Origin: a virus
Direction: 5' to 3' (one strand)
IMG/VR virus record: IMGVR_UViG_3300016476_001289
DNA: 64,000 nucleotides
Shown here: piece after piece, positions 37,415-48,780 of the stretch
Numbering within the stretch: the first letter of the stretch is position 1
Layout: every line of letters starts with the position of its first letter
Made by a program: the position numbers and the translations under genes
Notes under the pieces: generated by a model
Databases searched by the model: none
Seen by the model: the letters and a program-made list of their open reading frames with translations, nothing else
Told to the model about the DNA's origin: nothing

Positions 37415-40400
37415 ATGATTATTTTAGATGCTCGTAGTGCTGAAGGTAATGTATCTACTACTAATTTACCTCATAGAATTATTGTAGATAGAACAGCATA
37501 TAAAGCAGGGACTTTATGTTTTGGTGAAAATGAAACAGAATATTTACTTATCTCAGCTAATAACTCTAAAATCAAATGGACTAATGATAAAACAGCTATC
37601 TATCCCTTAGATAAATTATCCACTGATGATCTAGGTATCACCACTTATGAAATAGACACCCTAGATGCTATTAAAGACATTGTTACTCTTTTACCTAATA
37701 CTACTTTTAAAGCACCTAATAAAGTCTTATCTTCTGTTAATACCTTAGAGAATATGGAATGTGTTTTAGAAGAACCTAAATTTTGGTGGACTAGAAATGA
37801 TGCCTATAAGAAGAGATTTGAATATAAAGGCACTAAGTGGGAATTACTAAAAGGTGATTCTGTTTCTAACATAGGTGTTGTTAAAGATGGTCTTATAAAT
37901 ACACCTAAGGGTGTTGTTGGTTCTATAGGTGATGCGATTAAGATTATTCGTATAGGTAATGACTTAACGGATGCTTCACCTTTAAAGACTTCTTTAGTTG
38001 TTCAGTCTATAAATGATTATACAGGTGATTGGTCTTCTTATGATAGTCTTTATGGTTTAGATGATTTTTCTATAAAACTTAATCCTAGTATTATTAATAC
38101 AAACTTAGGTAATTCTATTTGGTTCTATAATATGAGCTTAGGTATTAGTAATACTGGTATTATAGTATTATATAATAATATATATAATAGTACTATATAT
38201 AGTTACAGTCAGTATTATATTAATCCTATACTAAAAGAATATGAAGTTCCATTATTAAGATTAGGTACTCAATCTCACCTTAATGTAAATTTTATAGACT
38301 CAATAAGTGAATTACCCGTAAATATCGAAGATTCAGAGTGTTATATAATTAAATCCACAGGTGAAACTATTGTTTATAACCCCAATAATTTAGACCTTAT
38401 TTTTGAAGGTGTGGTGATGACTTCAAAACCTATAAGTTTTATAGGTGGTATAAACCTAAATTCTAACCTATCTAATGTCACCTATAAAACTATAGGTGAA
38501 GCAGGTGTAGATATTTTATACGATGGGTCAGGTTTAGATGATGGTGATCCCAATAGTGTAAGACCTAATGGATCAGGTTATATCGTAGGTTTAAACAATA
38601 GATATAACTTTGTAGTTAGCTCTTTAGGTCACCTCATTAAAGTCTATAAAAGAAATTATAGCTCTAATATCCCCACCAGAATTAAAAAATTTGTAGGGTA
38701 TATCTCCTTAGAACCCAATACAGATTTATTCACCATTACTATTAACCCTTCTCTTAAACAATATGTAGAAGATCAAGGTGGGACTTTTAAATTTATACAA
38801 ACCACCGTACCCTTAAAATCTTATTGCTCCACCCCCACCCTATATAGTAATATACCTGAACCCTATAATATCACCCAAGACGGTAATCTTATTATCAGTG
38901 TAGATGGCACACCTACTACTATCCCTTTATCTAAAAGTACAGATCAATCTATCGCTAATCTATTTACAAGTATATCTGGGCTATCTAGTGAAAATGGTTA
39001 TATCAAATTAAGTGGTAATACATCTATTGCTGTTTTAGATACATCTGATGTGTCTATATTACAAGATCTAGGTTTAGTTCCTAATAGCATAACAGGAACG
39101 GGATATGCTTATAATACAGGGGTTATGATAGAAGTAGATATGGCTTCTAAAAAGACAGCTTATGACTTTAATTCTATGGTTCTCTTAGATAATGAAGTTG
39201 TCTCAGATAAACTCACCTCATCACCCACTCTCTTTATAGACTTTAAACCAAGAATTGACTATAAAGGCTATGCTAAAAATAAGTTCTTTAAAGTAGGCAC
39301 TAAGTCTTTAACTGAAGATCAAGATGTTAAATACTACTTTGAAGATAATCGTATTCTCTTTATCAAGAAAACAAGCACTATCAGTAAAGTCTATGAACTC
39401 ACAAGTGTTATCCCACTTACACCGGGTGTCTTACAAAATACTACTAGTATAATGTTATCACAAGGTGGTGTTTCTCAAACACTTGTAGAAGGTACTGATT
39501 TTGATGTAGATACAAATTCAGGTAATGCTAGACTCTTTACTAAACTCGGGAGCTTAATTGAAGAAGGCTTTAGAGCTACTATATCAGGTAATGACTATAC
39601 TCTTGAAACAGCTTCTTCTATTATCTCTATTGGTGATTGGATTTACTCCGATCAAAAATACTTTAAAGTTGAAGATATTAATGGCAGTATTCTTACACTC
39701 TCTAATACCCCCACAGATTCATCCTGGAAAGCGTTTAAAGGGTATTCCGAGCCTAACCCTACCACCCTCTCAAATGAGTGCTTTATTTCGCTAGATAATA
39801 GCAGAGATTTCGTTATCGTTTATAAACTACACAAAGTAGTAAATACACTACTTGAATTACTCCCTAAAACTAAAACAAATAATATTAAAGCTAGACTCTC
39901 TGACCATACTGAAATAGATATTACTATCCTATCTCCAGTTTCTTTAGGTGTAGCTAGTGATACCCTATATGTAGATATAACAGACCCTAGAGTTATAGAT
40001 GGAAGTTATAAGTTAAAAGTAGGTGCTAATCTCTTTGTCTTAAATACAGATTTCTCAGTAGATGGTCTTGGTGAAATTACCTTTATTACAACAATAGAAG
40101 ATACAGACGAAGTTCTTTATATCCCACTTCCTATGACTGACCCTACAACAGTAGAAATTAGTCTTATAGATGAGAGTGAAACTTATCCTAATGGTATTAC
40201 ACCTACTTACTTAACAGAAATTGTTCCTACTAATGAATATGTAATTCAACCTAGTGATGGTGGTATTAGTTTTGTTAAACCCTTAGATGCTAGTATTTAC
40301 TTAGAAGTGTTATACTTCCCTAATGAATATAGTTATGACGGCACTAATGAAAACCCCATCTATGAAACCATTTTATTCTCAGTTAATAAAGAATTAGCAA

Positions 40401-43400
40401 TAGCTACGGCTAATCCCCTTATCTATACCTTTAATAGCAATAACTATGAAACAGAAAACACAATTACACCCTCTGTATTTGTAGGGTCTAGTTTATTAGG
40501 TTATGGTGGCACAGCCACAGCTAGTGTAAGTTTTACAGATAAGACAATTACACTACCTAGCTTACCTGATGTAGATGCTGATGGTAATCCTTTACCCGTT
40601 TATATTACATATAGCATTAAACAAACAATAGGTGGAGAAACTACTTGTAGAACAGCTGAACCTATGTTTGTCCCCTTAAATCAAGTCTTAAAAGGTGCTA
40701 ATTCTTTAAAACTATATAGAGATTGTACTTCTCTTGTATCTGTAGGTAGTGTTTTATATGTACCTAATTTCTTATTTGTAGCAAGTAGTGTTGTATATGA
40801 CACCACCACTAATATCACCACTATAACCTTTACATCTAGTGCTGATGATAATTGTGGTGCTAAAGCTAATAATGAAACCACTGCTCTTGGTGTCTTATCT
40901 AATAATAATATCTTTGCTAGTCTCTCTTCTCTTAGTGGTATTAATCACACCATAGACGCTAAACCTAAATCTCTTGAACTTATTATTAATGGCGACTTAA
41001 GAGATATTGTCTATATAGGTTCTCTCATCTATCTTAATAATGCCGATTTATATAGAGTAGATAACATTCAATTAAATGAAGATAAAACTAAGTCTGTCAT
41101 CACCTTAACAAATAAACTTAAAGCATATACAAGTATCACCTCTATTTTAGTATCTGTCAGACCTGTATATAATCAAGGTGATGTGAAATTATTTGGTAAA
41201 GGTACATATCTCACCGACTATGATGCTAAGGTGATTAAATATACAAATGGTTTAGGTGTAGAATTAGTTAAGGGTGTAGATTATACTATTGTAGAAGGAA
41301 CAGGTGAAGTTAATTTAATTACCTCATCTATACAACCTGATATTGCTTATTACTTTTTACATACAAGATTAAGCGTTATCTACCCAAAAATAGAAAATGG
41401 TATCACTTTATATCCAACCTATAAGGCAGTTTATACAAATACCATAGCTTGTCCTTATGAAAATAAGCAAATGTTAGCTAAGGCTGTTATTTCAGAACCT
41501 GACCAATTTGCTTTAAGGATTGTTTCACCTAGTGTATATGAAGGAGAAATATCAAGTGAATTAGTGCCTGCTACTACTTCGGGTCGTAGAACTAAAACAA
41601 AATCTAAAAATGGTCGCTCTTTAGGTCTATATGATGGTCTAGCTAAAGATATTATAGCAAGAACTAATTTAGATTTTTACCATAGTCTAGTTAATGTCTT
41701 AGAGAACCTAACAGGACATCTAGTAGGTGATCAAGACGGACAATTAAAATTTGATTTAGACTCCGCTGATTATAATGTAGCTAATGGTGTAGTAGATAAC
41801 CTTACAGGTGAATTAAAACCTAGCTATGTAGCATTAGATTTAATAAAGTCTTTTAATAACCCCACAGGTCTTTTATCTAGTGACCCCTTAGTTAAAAATG
41901 GGTCTATAACTAATGGGACTTTATATGGTACAGACTTAGACCTAGATGATATAGATAGTGTTTTCAATAACCAAAAATCTTTAATCACAAATCAAATAGA
42001 CGATATAGTGTTGTATTCATATAGGGTGAGTAGAAGATTAAATGTTAGCACCTTAAGTATAGAAACCACTATATATCCTAAATGGAGACCTTTATGGTTA
42101 GATAGTGTATATAGTCGCTTATATCCTGAAGAAACACAAAGTGCTTATTTCTTAGCTTCCGGCACTTTAAAGAATAAGACTAAAGGTCGTATTGTAGGTA
42201 GTGTTTCTAATAGTGAATATGAACAAATAGGTGGAATTACAGCTATAGATATAGAAAAGAGACCTTCTCGTTTTAGAGTATGGGATTATTCTAAAACAGG
42301 GTATTCAGGTGTATCTACAAGTCCTACTTTAATATTAAGTGCTGTTCCTTTAAAAGAGTTCCCTTTAGATATAGATGGTAATCCAGACACTACTAAATTT
42401 ATTTCAAATAGTGGGAGTGTATATGATGTATCTAGTGGTAATGCTGAGAGAAGATATAGTGGTTTAGCAGTAGGGTCAGCTTTATTACATGGTATTTATG
42501 GACAAGGTTTCTCATCAGTAATAAACAATAGTGATCTCGCTATTGTAGATTTTGATGTGCAACCTCGTGTAGCTAGGGTTATGGATATTATAGATGGGTG
42601 TTATGTAGTCTTATCTTCAGGTAGTTTAGAGTCCTTTGATGGTATTTTTGAACCTAAAAGAGGAGATACTATTGTAGAGAATTTCTCAGGTGATATAGAT
42701 GACACAGCACCAAGTAATCCTAGTTATAGACCAGGTTTTGATATAGGTGTAAATTATAAGACAGGTGATTTATATAACAATACTTATCCTAGTATTAGCG
42801 ATCCTAACTTCCCTGTTAAAGAATTATTAGAACAAAACCCACCTAGTGGTGGAGCTTGTTTAGGTGGTACAATTAGGTTTAATAATACCTTAACATCACC
42901 TTTTAACTTCCCCGCACTCAGAGGTGAAGATTTAAATGATAGTGGTGATGAGTCTTTACCTTTTAGAAAAGTAGAAGATGAGTTAAGTGTAATTTCAGGT
43001 ATGGGGGATAGTATAGTCAGTATGCTCACTAAACAGACTTTAGGGCAATATGTCTACCCTGATGAGATAAGAGGTGTTGGTGTTAATACAGATGGTGTAG
43101 TAACAACAACAGTAGACTTAACACCTAGTGGTAATGCTACTAAATCTGCTAGTGCAGGTGATTTAATCGTAATAGCAGATAAAGGCTTCCATGAAATATC
43201 TAATGTAAATGGTAGTGAGATTACATTCCCAAGATTTAGAAGTGATATTCCTGTAGGTAATAAGATATTCTACAAGATATTAAATTTAGTGGGATATGAT
43301 GCTTCACCTACTTATGCTAGTGGGATAGTCATTCAAGAAGATATTACATATAGTGTATATCCTACAATAGACTATGTAGAAACAAAAATAGCATTCCATT

Positions 43401-46291
43401 TTGATTTTGAAAATTCAGATATGTATAACACTTTATTTACATTACCTGGAACAGAACAAAGAAGACTTGTTATTAAGTTAATAGACACTACAGGTGCTTA
43501 TGTAGGACATGAGTTAATAATAATAAGAGGAGCGAGTTGGTCTCTAAAATGTAATGGTGTTACATTACTTGCTAATTTAACTTGTATAGGTAATGAATTA
43601 TACTTTACAACAAGCACTACTATATTTGATTGGACAGGTATTACCTATACACAAATAGTGCCTTTCATAGAAAAAAGATCAGCTGTCTATTCTTATACAG
43701 TAGATTTAGATGTTTCTGATTTTGGGTCTACCTTAGCAAGTATAGATGATGATAGGGTGACTTTTAATCTTGGTGAAAGTTATGATTTTGACTATATGAA
43801 TGTAAGAGGTACAGAAGTTCTAGGCAATACAGATATATCCACAGGACTTGCTATTTATAATTGTGAAATTACACTAGATGATAGTAGTAAATATCAAAGC
43901 ACAATAAACCATATAGATGAAGTAAATGCTAGTGAGCCTTTCACCTTTATAGATTTACCTACAGATAACACAAGCATTCAAGTTCCTTCTTATGAGGGTG
44001 ATGGGAATGTAGAATTAGGAACTAATTTAGATTTCTCTATCATGTTAGGTGCAGAAGTAGATACAAGTGCTGTTATCTATAATGGGACAGCTAAAGTAGG
44101 TGCTTATGGTGATACATCTAAGTTAAATATTTTACATAGTCCAAGTGCTAGTATAGATAGTATATTAGCAGGGGATTTTGTTAAAATTCGTAATGGTTAT
44201 GCTAGTGGTGTATATAGAATAGAAGAAGTTGTAAATTCTACAAGAACAACATTAACATCACAAGCAGGTGTAGGTTGGTGTACTTTTACATTCCCAAGAG
44301 TACAAGATATTACTATTGTAGGGTCAACAGTGACAATTACAACAGTAGTAGATAGTTCTAGTTTATTTAGTGGTCTTGCAGGTGAATTATTCTATATCCT
44401 AGTCAGTGATCCTACCACCCCAGCTTTAGGTCAAATTTATTCTTTTACAGGACTTGTCTCTGGGGATAGTATAACTTCAGATACAAGTAATTGGAAAGAC
44501 CATTTTGATAATAGTGTACTTACAGATGAGAACATTTTAAGTATAGGTGGCAAATACATCTCTGGAATTAAGAAAGTACCTGTAAGTTTAATAAGCACAG
44601 GTAAATTTGAAACAGAGATAGATTTTACTATTGTAGGTCAAAAGATTGTAGATGAAGTAGCAGGTGATGTAACTACTACAAATCCTACTTATTCTAAGGC
44701 AGTAGGTTATATAGAATTAGATGATGGGTTAGGGACTAATTTATTTGGTGCTACAAATAAATACCCTATCTTAAACACATCTGATCTTACATTAACACTC
44801 CCACAAGGTATTTATATAGACACTACCTTGCCAAGAACATCAAATGACTTAAGTGATATGAATGATTTTGGTGCTGTTGTAAAAGGGATTATAGGTTTAG
44901 ATGATATAGGTTTAGTTGTTTCACCTGCTAGTGGTACATCACAAGTGGCTAATATAGTAGTATATAGACCTAGAAGATTCTCACCTATATTTAAAACACT
45001 TTCACAAGACTTTGGAAAACTTAAATTCTTTTATGAGTTGAGACAAGGATTAGTGAATAACATAACAAACACGGGTACGGTATTTACTTTAACAGCAGAT
45101 AAGGTAGATAGTGAGTTATTGTTAAGTGCTAGTGGGACAGATACACAAGTAGGTAATTTCTCTGAGGTTTTAAGTATAGGTGATAAAGTCTTTGTATATG
45201 ATAGTCAAGATAGAGAGACTCATGTGTTAAGGGTAACAGAAGTAGCAGATGTGTCATTTAAGGCAAGTCTTATAAGATATAATAAGACCTATACACCTTA
45301 TAGATTTGAAGTATATAAACAATCACCTGATATAGTGCCTATAGAACAGAGTCTACAACAATTTATAGATTTATGTTTTGATGTTACAGCATCTTCATCA
45401 GCATCTGTTGATGTTGAGAATGTGATAACAGATATATCAGTAGGGTCTTATGATATATTAGAGGGGGATTATATAGTAGTAGACCCACAGGGGTTGTTAA
45501 TAGGTGATGAGTATGGAGCACCACCTAAAGGATGGTATGGTGTTTTAGGTGGTGATGCTGGGGATATATCACCTTTAGATGATAATAGAGGTGTGTATAA
45601 AGTAGTTAAATTAACAACAACTACAATAGAAGTAGAACCTGTAGTAGGGTCAGTGGGAATGAATCCATCAAGTGTTTTATATATACTACCCCCACAAGAA
45701 GCGACAGGTCTTGTAGCAGAAGCTAGTAAGTTAAGAATAACAGCACCTGCTATCAATGGTAGTTATTTAGACCCTAGTAGAGATTTATTGAAGTCAATAG
45801 AGCCATTTAGTTATAGGGTGTTAAGGTCTAGGGGGACATTAGAAGTAGGTTTATTAGAAGATATTCTCTATTTAAGAGAAAGACTATTGTCTTTTATAGA
45901 GAAGATGAAGAATTTAACTTTATTGAAAGAGTCTACATGGGATGTGTATGTAAATGAAGAGCAGTATTTAAGTGCGGGTGTAAGTGATATGACACATCCG
46001 AGTAATGAGTATTTAGAAGGTATCGTAGGTAGGGTGAAGAGTTTATATCCTAGTGATATATCTATAGGGAATACATCAGAGTGTTTAAGTTTATTAGAGA
46101 GAAGGTTTATGTTAGAAGATAGTAAGTTGGTGGAAGATTATATAGATGACTTAAATACATTGATAGGGGTATATACATTAGTAGAGGATAGGATAGATGA
46201 GAATGAGTTAAGAGAAGAAAGGTATAATTGGTTGAATATTCGTTGTAATTTAATAAATGGGTCATTAGTAGAGATGAAAAGGAGTAAATGA
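37415..46291 (+). CDS. Giant (2958 aa) putative baseplate/tail structural protein
   Basis: Acidic and beta-rich with repeated L.EG.D[FY].VD...G.[IV] motifs. Followed by co-oriented structural-like ORFs. Confidence 0.65.
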   Translation: MIILDARSAEGNVSTTNLPHRIIVDRTAYKAGTLCFGENETEYLLISANNSKIKWTNDKTAIYPLDKLSTDDLGITTYEIDTLDAIKDIVTLLPNTTFKAPNKVLSSVNTLENMECVLEEPKFWWTRNDAYKKRFEYKGTKWELLKGDSVSNIGVVKDGLINTPKGVVGSIGDAIKIIRIGNDLTDASPLKTSLVVQSINDYTGDWSSYDSLYGLDDFSIKLNPSIINTNLGNSIWFYNMSLGISNTGIIVLYNNIYNSTIYSYSQYYINPILKEYEVPLLRLGTQSHLNVNFIDSISELPVNIEDSECYIIKSTGETIVYNPNNLDLIFEGVVMTSKPISFIGGINLNSNLSNVTYKTIGEAGVDILYDGSGLDDGDPNSVRPNGSGYIVGLNNRYNFVVSSLGHLIKVYKRNYSSNIPTRIKKFVGYISLEPNTDLFTITINPSLKQYVEDQGGTFKFIQTTVPLKSYCSTPTLYSNIPEPYNITQDGNLIISVDGTPTTIPLSKSTDQSIANLFTSISGLSSENGYIKLSGNTSIAVLDTSDVSILQDLGLVPNSITGTGYAYNTGVMIEVDMASKKTAYDFNSMVLLDNEVVSDKLTSSPTLFIDFKPRIDYKGYAKNKFFKVGTKSLTEDQDVKYYFEDNRILFIKKTSTISKVYELTSVIPLTPGVLQNTTSIMLSQGGVSQTLVEGTDFDVDTNSGNARLFTKLGSLIEEGFRATISGNDYTLETASSIISIGDWIYSDQKYFKVEDINGSILTLSNTPTDSSWKAFKGYSEPNPTTLSNECFISLDNSRDFVIVYKLHKVVNTLLELLPKTKTNNIKARLSDHTEIDITILSPVSLGVASDTLYVDITDPRVIDGSYKLKVGANLFVLNTDFSVDGLGEITFITTIEDTDEVLYIPLPMTDPTTVEISLIDESETYPNGITPTYLTEIVPTNEYVIQPSDGGISFVKPLDASIYLEVLYFPNEYSYDGTNENPIYETILFSVNKELAIATANPLIYTFNSNNYETENTITPSVFVGSSLLGYGGTATASVSFTDKTITLPSLPDVDADGNPLPVYITYSIKQTIGGETTCRTAEPMFVPLNQVLKGANSLKLYRDCTSLVSVGSVLYVPNFLFVASSVVYDTTTNITTITFTSSADDNCGAKANNETTALGVLSNNNIFASLSSLSGINHTIDAKPKSLELIINGDLRDIVYIGSLIYLNNADLYRVDNIQLNEDKTKSVITLTNKLKAYTSITSILVSVRPVYNQGDVKLFGKGTYLTDYDAKVIKYTNGLGVELVKGVDYTIVEGTGEVNLITSSIQPDIAYYFLHTRLSVIYPKIENGITLYPTYKAVYTNTIACPYENKQMLAKAVISEPDQFALRIVSPSVYEGEISSELVPATTSGRRTKTKSKNGRSLGLYDGLAKDIIARTNLDFYHSLVNVLENLTGHLVGDQDGQLKFDLDSADYNVANGVVDNLTGELKPSYVALDLIKSFNNPTGLLSSDPLVKNGSITNGTLYGTDLDLDDIDSVFNNQKSLITNQIDDIVLYSYRVSRRLNVSTLSIETTIYPKWRPLWLDSVYSRLYPEETQSAYFLASGTLKNKTKGRIVGSVSNSEYEQIGGITAIDIEKRPSRFRVWDYSKTGYSGVSTSPTLILSAVPLKEFPLDIDGNPDTTKFISNSGSVYDVSSGNAERRYSGLAVGSALLHGIYGQGFSSVINNSDLAIVDFDVQPRVARVMDIIDGCYVVLSSGSLESFDGIFEPKRGDTIVENFSGDIDDTAPSNPSYRPGFDIGVNYKTGDLYNNTYPSISDPNFPVKELLEQNPPSGGACLGGTIRFNNTLTSPFNFPALRGEDLNDSGDESLPFRKVEDELSVISGMGDSIVSMLTKQTLGQYVYPDEIRGVGVNTDGVVTTTVDLTPSGNATKSASAGDLIVIADKGFHEISNVNGSEITFPRFRSDIPVGNKIFYKILNLVGYDASPTYASGIVIQEDITYSVYPTIDYVETKIAFHFDFENSDMYNTLFTLPGTEQRRLVIKLIDTTGAYVGHELIIIRGASWSLKCNGVTLLANLTCIGNELYFTTSTTIFDWTGITYTQIVPFIEKRSAVYSYTVDLDVSDFGSTLASIDDDRVTFNLGESYDFDYMNVRGTEVLGNTDISTGLAIYNCEITLDDSSKYQSTINHIDEVNASEPFTFIDLPTDNTSIQVPSYEGDGNVELGTNLDFSIMLGAEVDTSAVIYNGTAKVGAYGDTSKLNILHSPSASIDSILAGDFVKIRNGYASGVYRIEEVVNSTRTTLTSQAGVGWCTFTFPRVQDITIVGSTVTITTVVDSSSLFSGLAGELFYILVSDPTTPALGQIYSFTGLVSGDSITSDTSNWKDHFDNSVLTDENILSIGGKYISGIKKVPVSLISTGKFETEIDFTIVGQKIVDEVAGDVTTTNPTYSKAVGYIELDDGLGTNLFGATNKYPILNTSDLTLTLPQGIYIDTTLPRTSNDLSDMNDFGAVVKGIIGLDDIGLVVSPASGTSQVANIVVYRPRRFSPIFKTLSQDFGKLKFFYELRQGLVNNITNTGTVFTLTADKVDSELLLSASGTDTQVGNFSEVLSIGDKVFVYDSQDRETHVLRVTEVADVSFKASLIRYNKTYTPYRFEVYKQSPDIVPIEQSLQQFIDLCFDVTASSSASVDVENVITDISVGSYDILEGDYIVVDPQGLLIGDEYGAPPKGWYGVLGGDAGDISPLDDNRGVYKVVKLTTTTIEVEPVVGSVGMNPSSVLYILPPQEATGLVAEASKLRITAPAINGSYLDPSRDLLKSIEPFSYRVLRSRGTLEVGLLEDILYLRERLLSFIEKMKNLTLLKESTWDVYVNEEQYLSAGVSDMTHPSNEYLEGIVGRVKSLYPSDISIGNTSECLSLLERRFMLEDSKLVEDYIDDLNTLIGVYTLVEDRIDENELREERYNWLNIRCNLINGSLVEMKRSK

Positions 46292-46482
46292 AAATGAATG
46301 AATGGAAAAATGGGGCAGGTAAAGTACCTGACCCTATATTAGAATTTGCTAATCAGTTGAAGTTGGTGCAAGGTTTATTAGAACAGGCACTAGCACAACA
46401 GATAGAGAATAAGACTAAAGCAGAATTAGAATTAGTTAAGTTAGAAGCACAAAAGAACAATAGGAGGAGTAAAAATGGCTGA
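46288..46482 (+). CDS. Small coiled-coil protein
   Basis: AAGGAG RBS, overlaps both neighbours. Confidence 0.6.
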   Translation: MKMNEWKNGAGKVPDPILEFANQLKLVQGLLEQALAQQIENKTKAELELVKLEAQKNNRRSKNG

Positions 46483-48769
46483 ATGGAAGCAATTATCGGG
46501 TGAGATAGGACTAGCACCTGATTTTATACAAGAAATAAAGCCTTCTATTGATGCTATATTTCAAACGATAAATGTGACATTAGACTTGTTACAAAGTATT
46601 TTATCTTTTGTGAAAAATTTTCTTATAGATTTTACACAACCTATAAAGTTAATAATAGATGCTTTGGTGGCTCAACTTAAAGCTTTATTATTAGATATTA
46701 AACAAATGGGGATATATTGGACATCGGATGCTGATTTGATACCACAAATAAAGAAAGATGGTATAGAACCTTTTTCAAATGGGTATGCTGGTTTTCAAAA
46801 TCGTATGGTGGGTAAATTAACAAATGTAGATGACCCATCGAGACCTAATTTTTCTACTGCGACAGGAACTATAAGTTTATTTGTATTTGCTTCAGCTGAT
46901 TTTAATGGGATTATAAATGCTATAAATTCTATTTTGAAGTTTATAGAGTTATTCACCAAGAAAAAAGAAGACACACCTGATCCTGATCCTGTAAATATTA
47001 AAGGTGTTTTGAAAAAAGGTTTATTCCCTATTGATCTAAAAAGAGAATCTGAATTTGATGGGGTGAATATATCTTGGGATATAGCACCACCACCAAATGC
47101 TAGTGGTAAACCTTTTCCTTCTTTTGTTAATCCACCTAAATCATTTCTTATTCATGTTAGAACAAGACCTAATGCTTTATATATAGGATATAAGTATAGA
47201 CCTAATAACTCTACTGAAACAGATCAAGTACAAACATCTATTTATTACTTAACTAAAAATACCCCTGTTCAAGTAAATGGTGGGACTAATATTTATACTG
47301 GTATAGATTCAAACACCATATTTTTAGAGAGTCCTACTTCAGATATAGAATATAGTGTTTTTGACATAGTAGATACAGGATATACTTTCTATTATTCACC
47401 AAGTACCATAGGGTCTTTTATAGCAGGGAATACTTATACTTTATCTTTAACTAAAGACCAAATACCTAATACCTACGAGTATAAGTATAAGAATGGGACA
47501 GATAATAAAAAGACAGTAGAGAGTGCTATAAAAGTCCCTACTACTAAATTATATGTAGAAGTAGTCTCTTGTGATACCGATTTAGGTTTAAATAATGGTG
47601 CTGTTGTCCCAGGGCAAATAACTTTACCTAAAGGGTCTGAACCTAATATACAAGTACAAACTAAAATAAGAACTACACCCATAAGAGTAAATGGTGTGAT
47701 TAATTTACCTTTACCTGAAACATCAAAATATATAAGTGCTTTAAAAGATGCTTTAGCTATATATCTTTTAGGCGGTTATTATAAAGATACTTCTATGGGT
47801 TTATCTGCTAAGACACAAACTAATATTAAAGCTTATTTAAACAAGCTACCTACAGATACAGAACTTTTAACAGATGTTGATTTTAAAAACCAAGTAGATG
47901 CTAAAATAGGTGTTATTGTAAATAAGATGAATATGCCTGACCAAAGCATTATCAAATCACTTGAAAAAGACATAAACAATCTCACCAAGCCTTATTTAAA
48001 AGACCCTACTAATCCTAATGGCGAGAAAATTACTTTCTATAACCTTGTAGGTGATTTTGGTGTGTCTTCTTATATACCAGGTGTCACTTATGATAAGAAC
48101 TCTATTAAAGGAGTTTTAAGGTCTGTTAATAAATTAGAGTCGCTTAATAAAAACATACCTGAGAATTTACCTGTCTTATATAGTGCGGATTCTCAAGTAA
48201 AAGCTTATGATTTTGCTTCTACACAGGCGAATAAATTAAAATCCGCAGAATCAGTAAGAGCTACCATAGAAAAGACTAAAGGTGGTGAAGATATACTTGT
48301 CTTAAATAGTGCTAAGAACTTCTTAGAATTTTTACCTAGAAGAAAACCTGTTATTAGTGGTGAAGGTGCTTGGGAGAATATTAGATTCTTTGAAGATGGT
48401 ATTCCTGAATTTGAACAATTTATGAAACTCATAATAGGGTTTTTAGAATCTTTGAGTTTTGGTTTAGATGGGATTATAAAAGCTATAAAACAGTATATCG
48501 ATTTAATCATATTAAGAATAGAAGAGATACAAGCTTTGATAAATAAGATCAAAGCAATTATAGATTACCTATTAGGTATTAAAATAGGTGGGAATGTAGC
48601 ACTCTTATATAGTGTTAATGATGGAACAAGAGGGATTGTAGAGAATTTAATAAACTCGGAATCTAAACCACCTTTTACAGATAGTGAAACTTTAGGTTTT
48701 GGTGCTTGTTTTGTTTTTGGTGGATATCCTGCTTTCTTACCTGCTTTACTAAAAGCCTTTTCGGTATAG
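46475..48769 (+). CDS. Putative virion structural protein
   Basis: AGGAGG RBS. Amphipathic helical termini around a central beta region. In the structural operon. Confidence 0.55.
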   Translation: MAEWKQLSGEIGLAPDFIQEIKPSIDAIFQTINVTLDLLQSILSFVKNFLIDFTQPIKLIIDALVAQLKALLLDIKQMGIYWTSDADLIPQIKKDGIEPFSNGYAGFQNRMVGKLTNVDDPSRPNFSTATGTISLFVFASADFNGIINAINSILKFIELFTKKKEDTPDPDPVNIKGVLKKGLFPIDLKRESEFDGVNISWDIAPPPNASGKPFPSFVNPPKSFLIHVRTRPNALYIGYKYRPNNSTETDQVQTSIYYLTKNTPVQVNGGTNIYTGIDSNTIFLESPTSDIEYSVFDIVDTGYTFYYSPSTIGSFIAGNTYTLSLTKDQIPNTYEYKYKNGTDNKKTVESAIKVPTTKLYVEVVSCDTDLGLNNGAVVPGQITLPKGSEPNIQVQTKIRTTPIRVNGVINLPLPETSKYISALKDALAIYLLGGYYKDTSMGLSAKTQTNIKAYLNKLPTDTELLTDVDFKNQVDAKIGVIVNKMNMPDQSIIKSLEKDINNLTKPYLKDPTNPNGEKITFYNLVGDFGVSSYIPGVTYDKNSIKGVLRSVNKLESLNKNIPENLPVLYSADSQVKAYDFASTQANKLKSAESVRATIEKTKGGEDILVLNSAKNFLEFLPRRKPVISGEGAWENIRFFEDGIPEFEQFMKLIIGFLESLSFGLDGIIKAIKQYIDLIILRIEEIQALINKIKAIIDYLLGIKIGGNVALLYSVNDGTRGIVENLINSESKPPFTDSETLGFGACFVFGGYPAFLPALLKAFSV

Positions 48770-48780
48770 GAGTATATACT

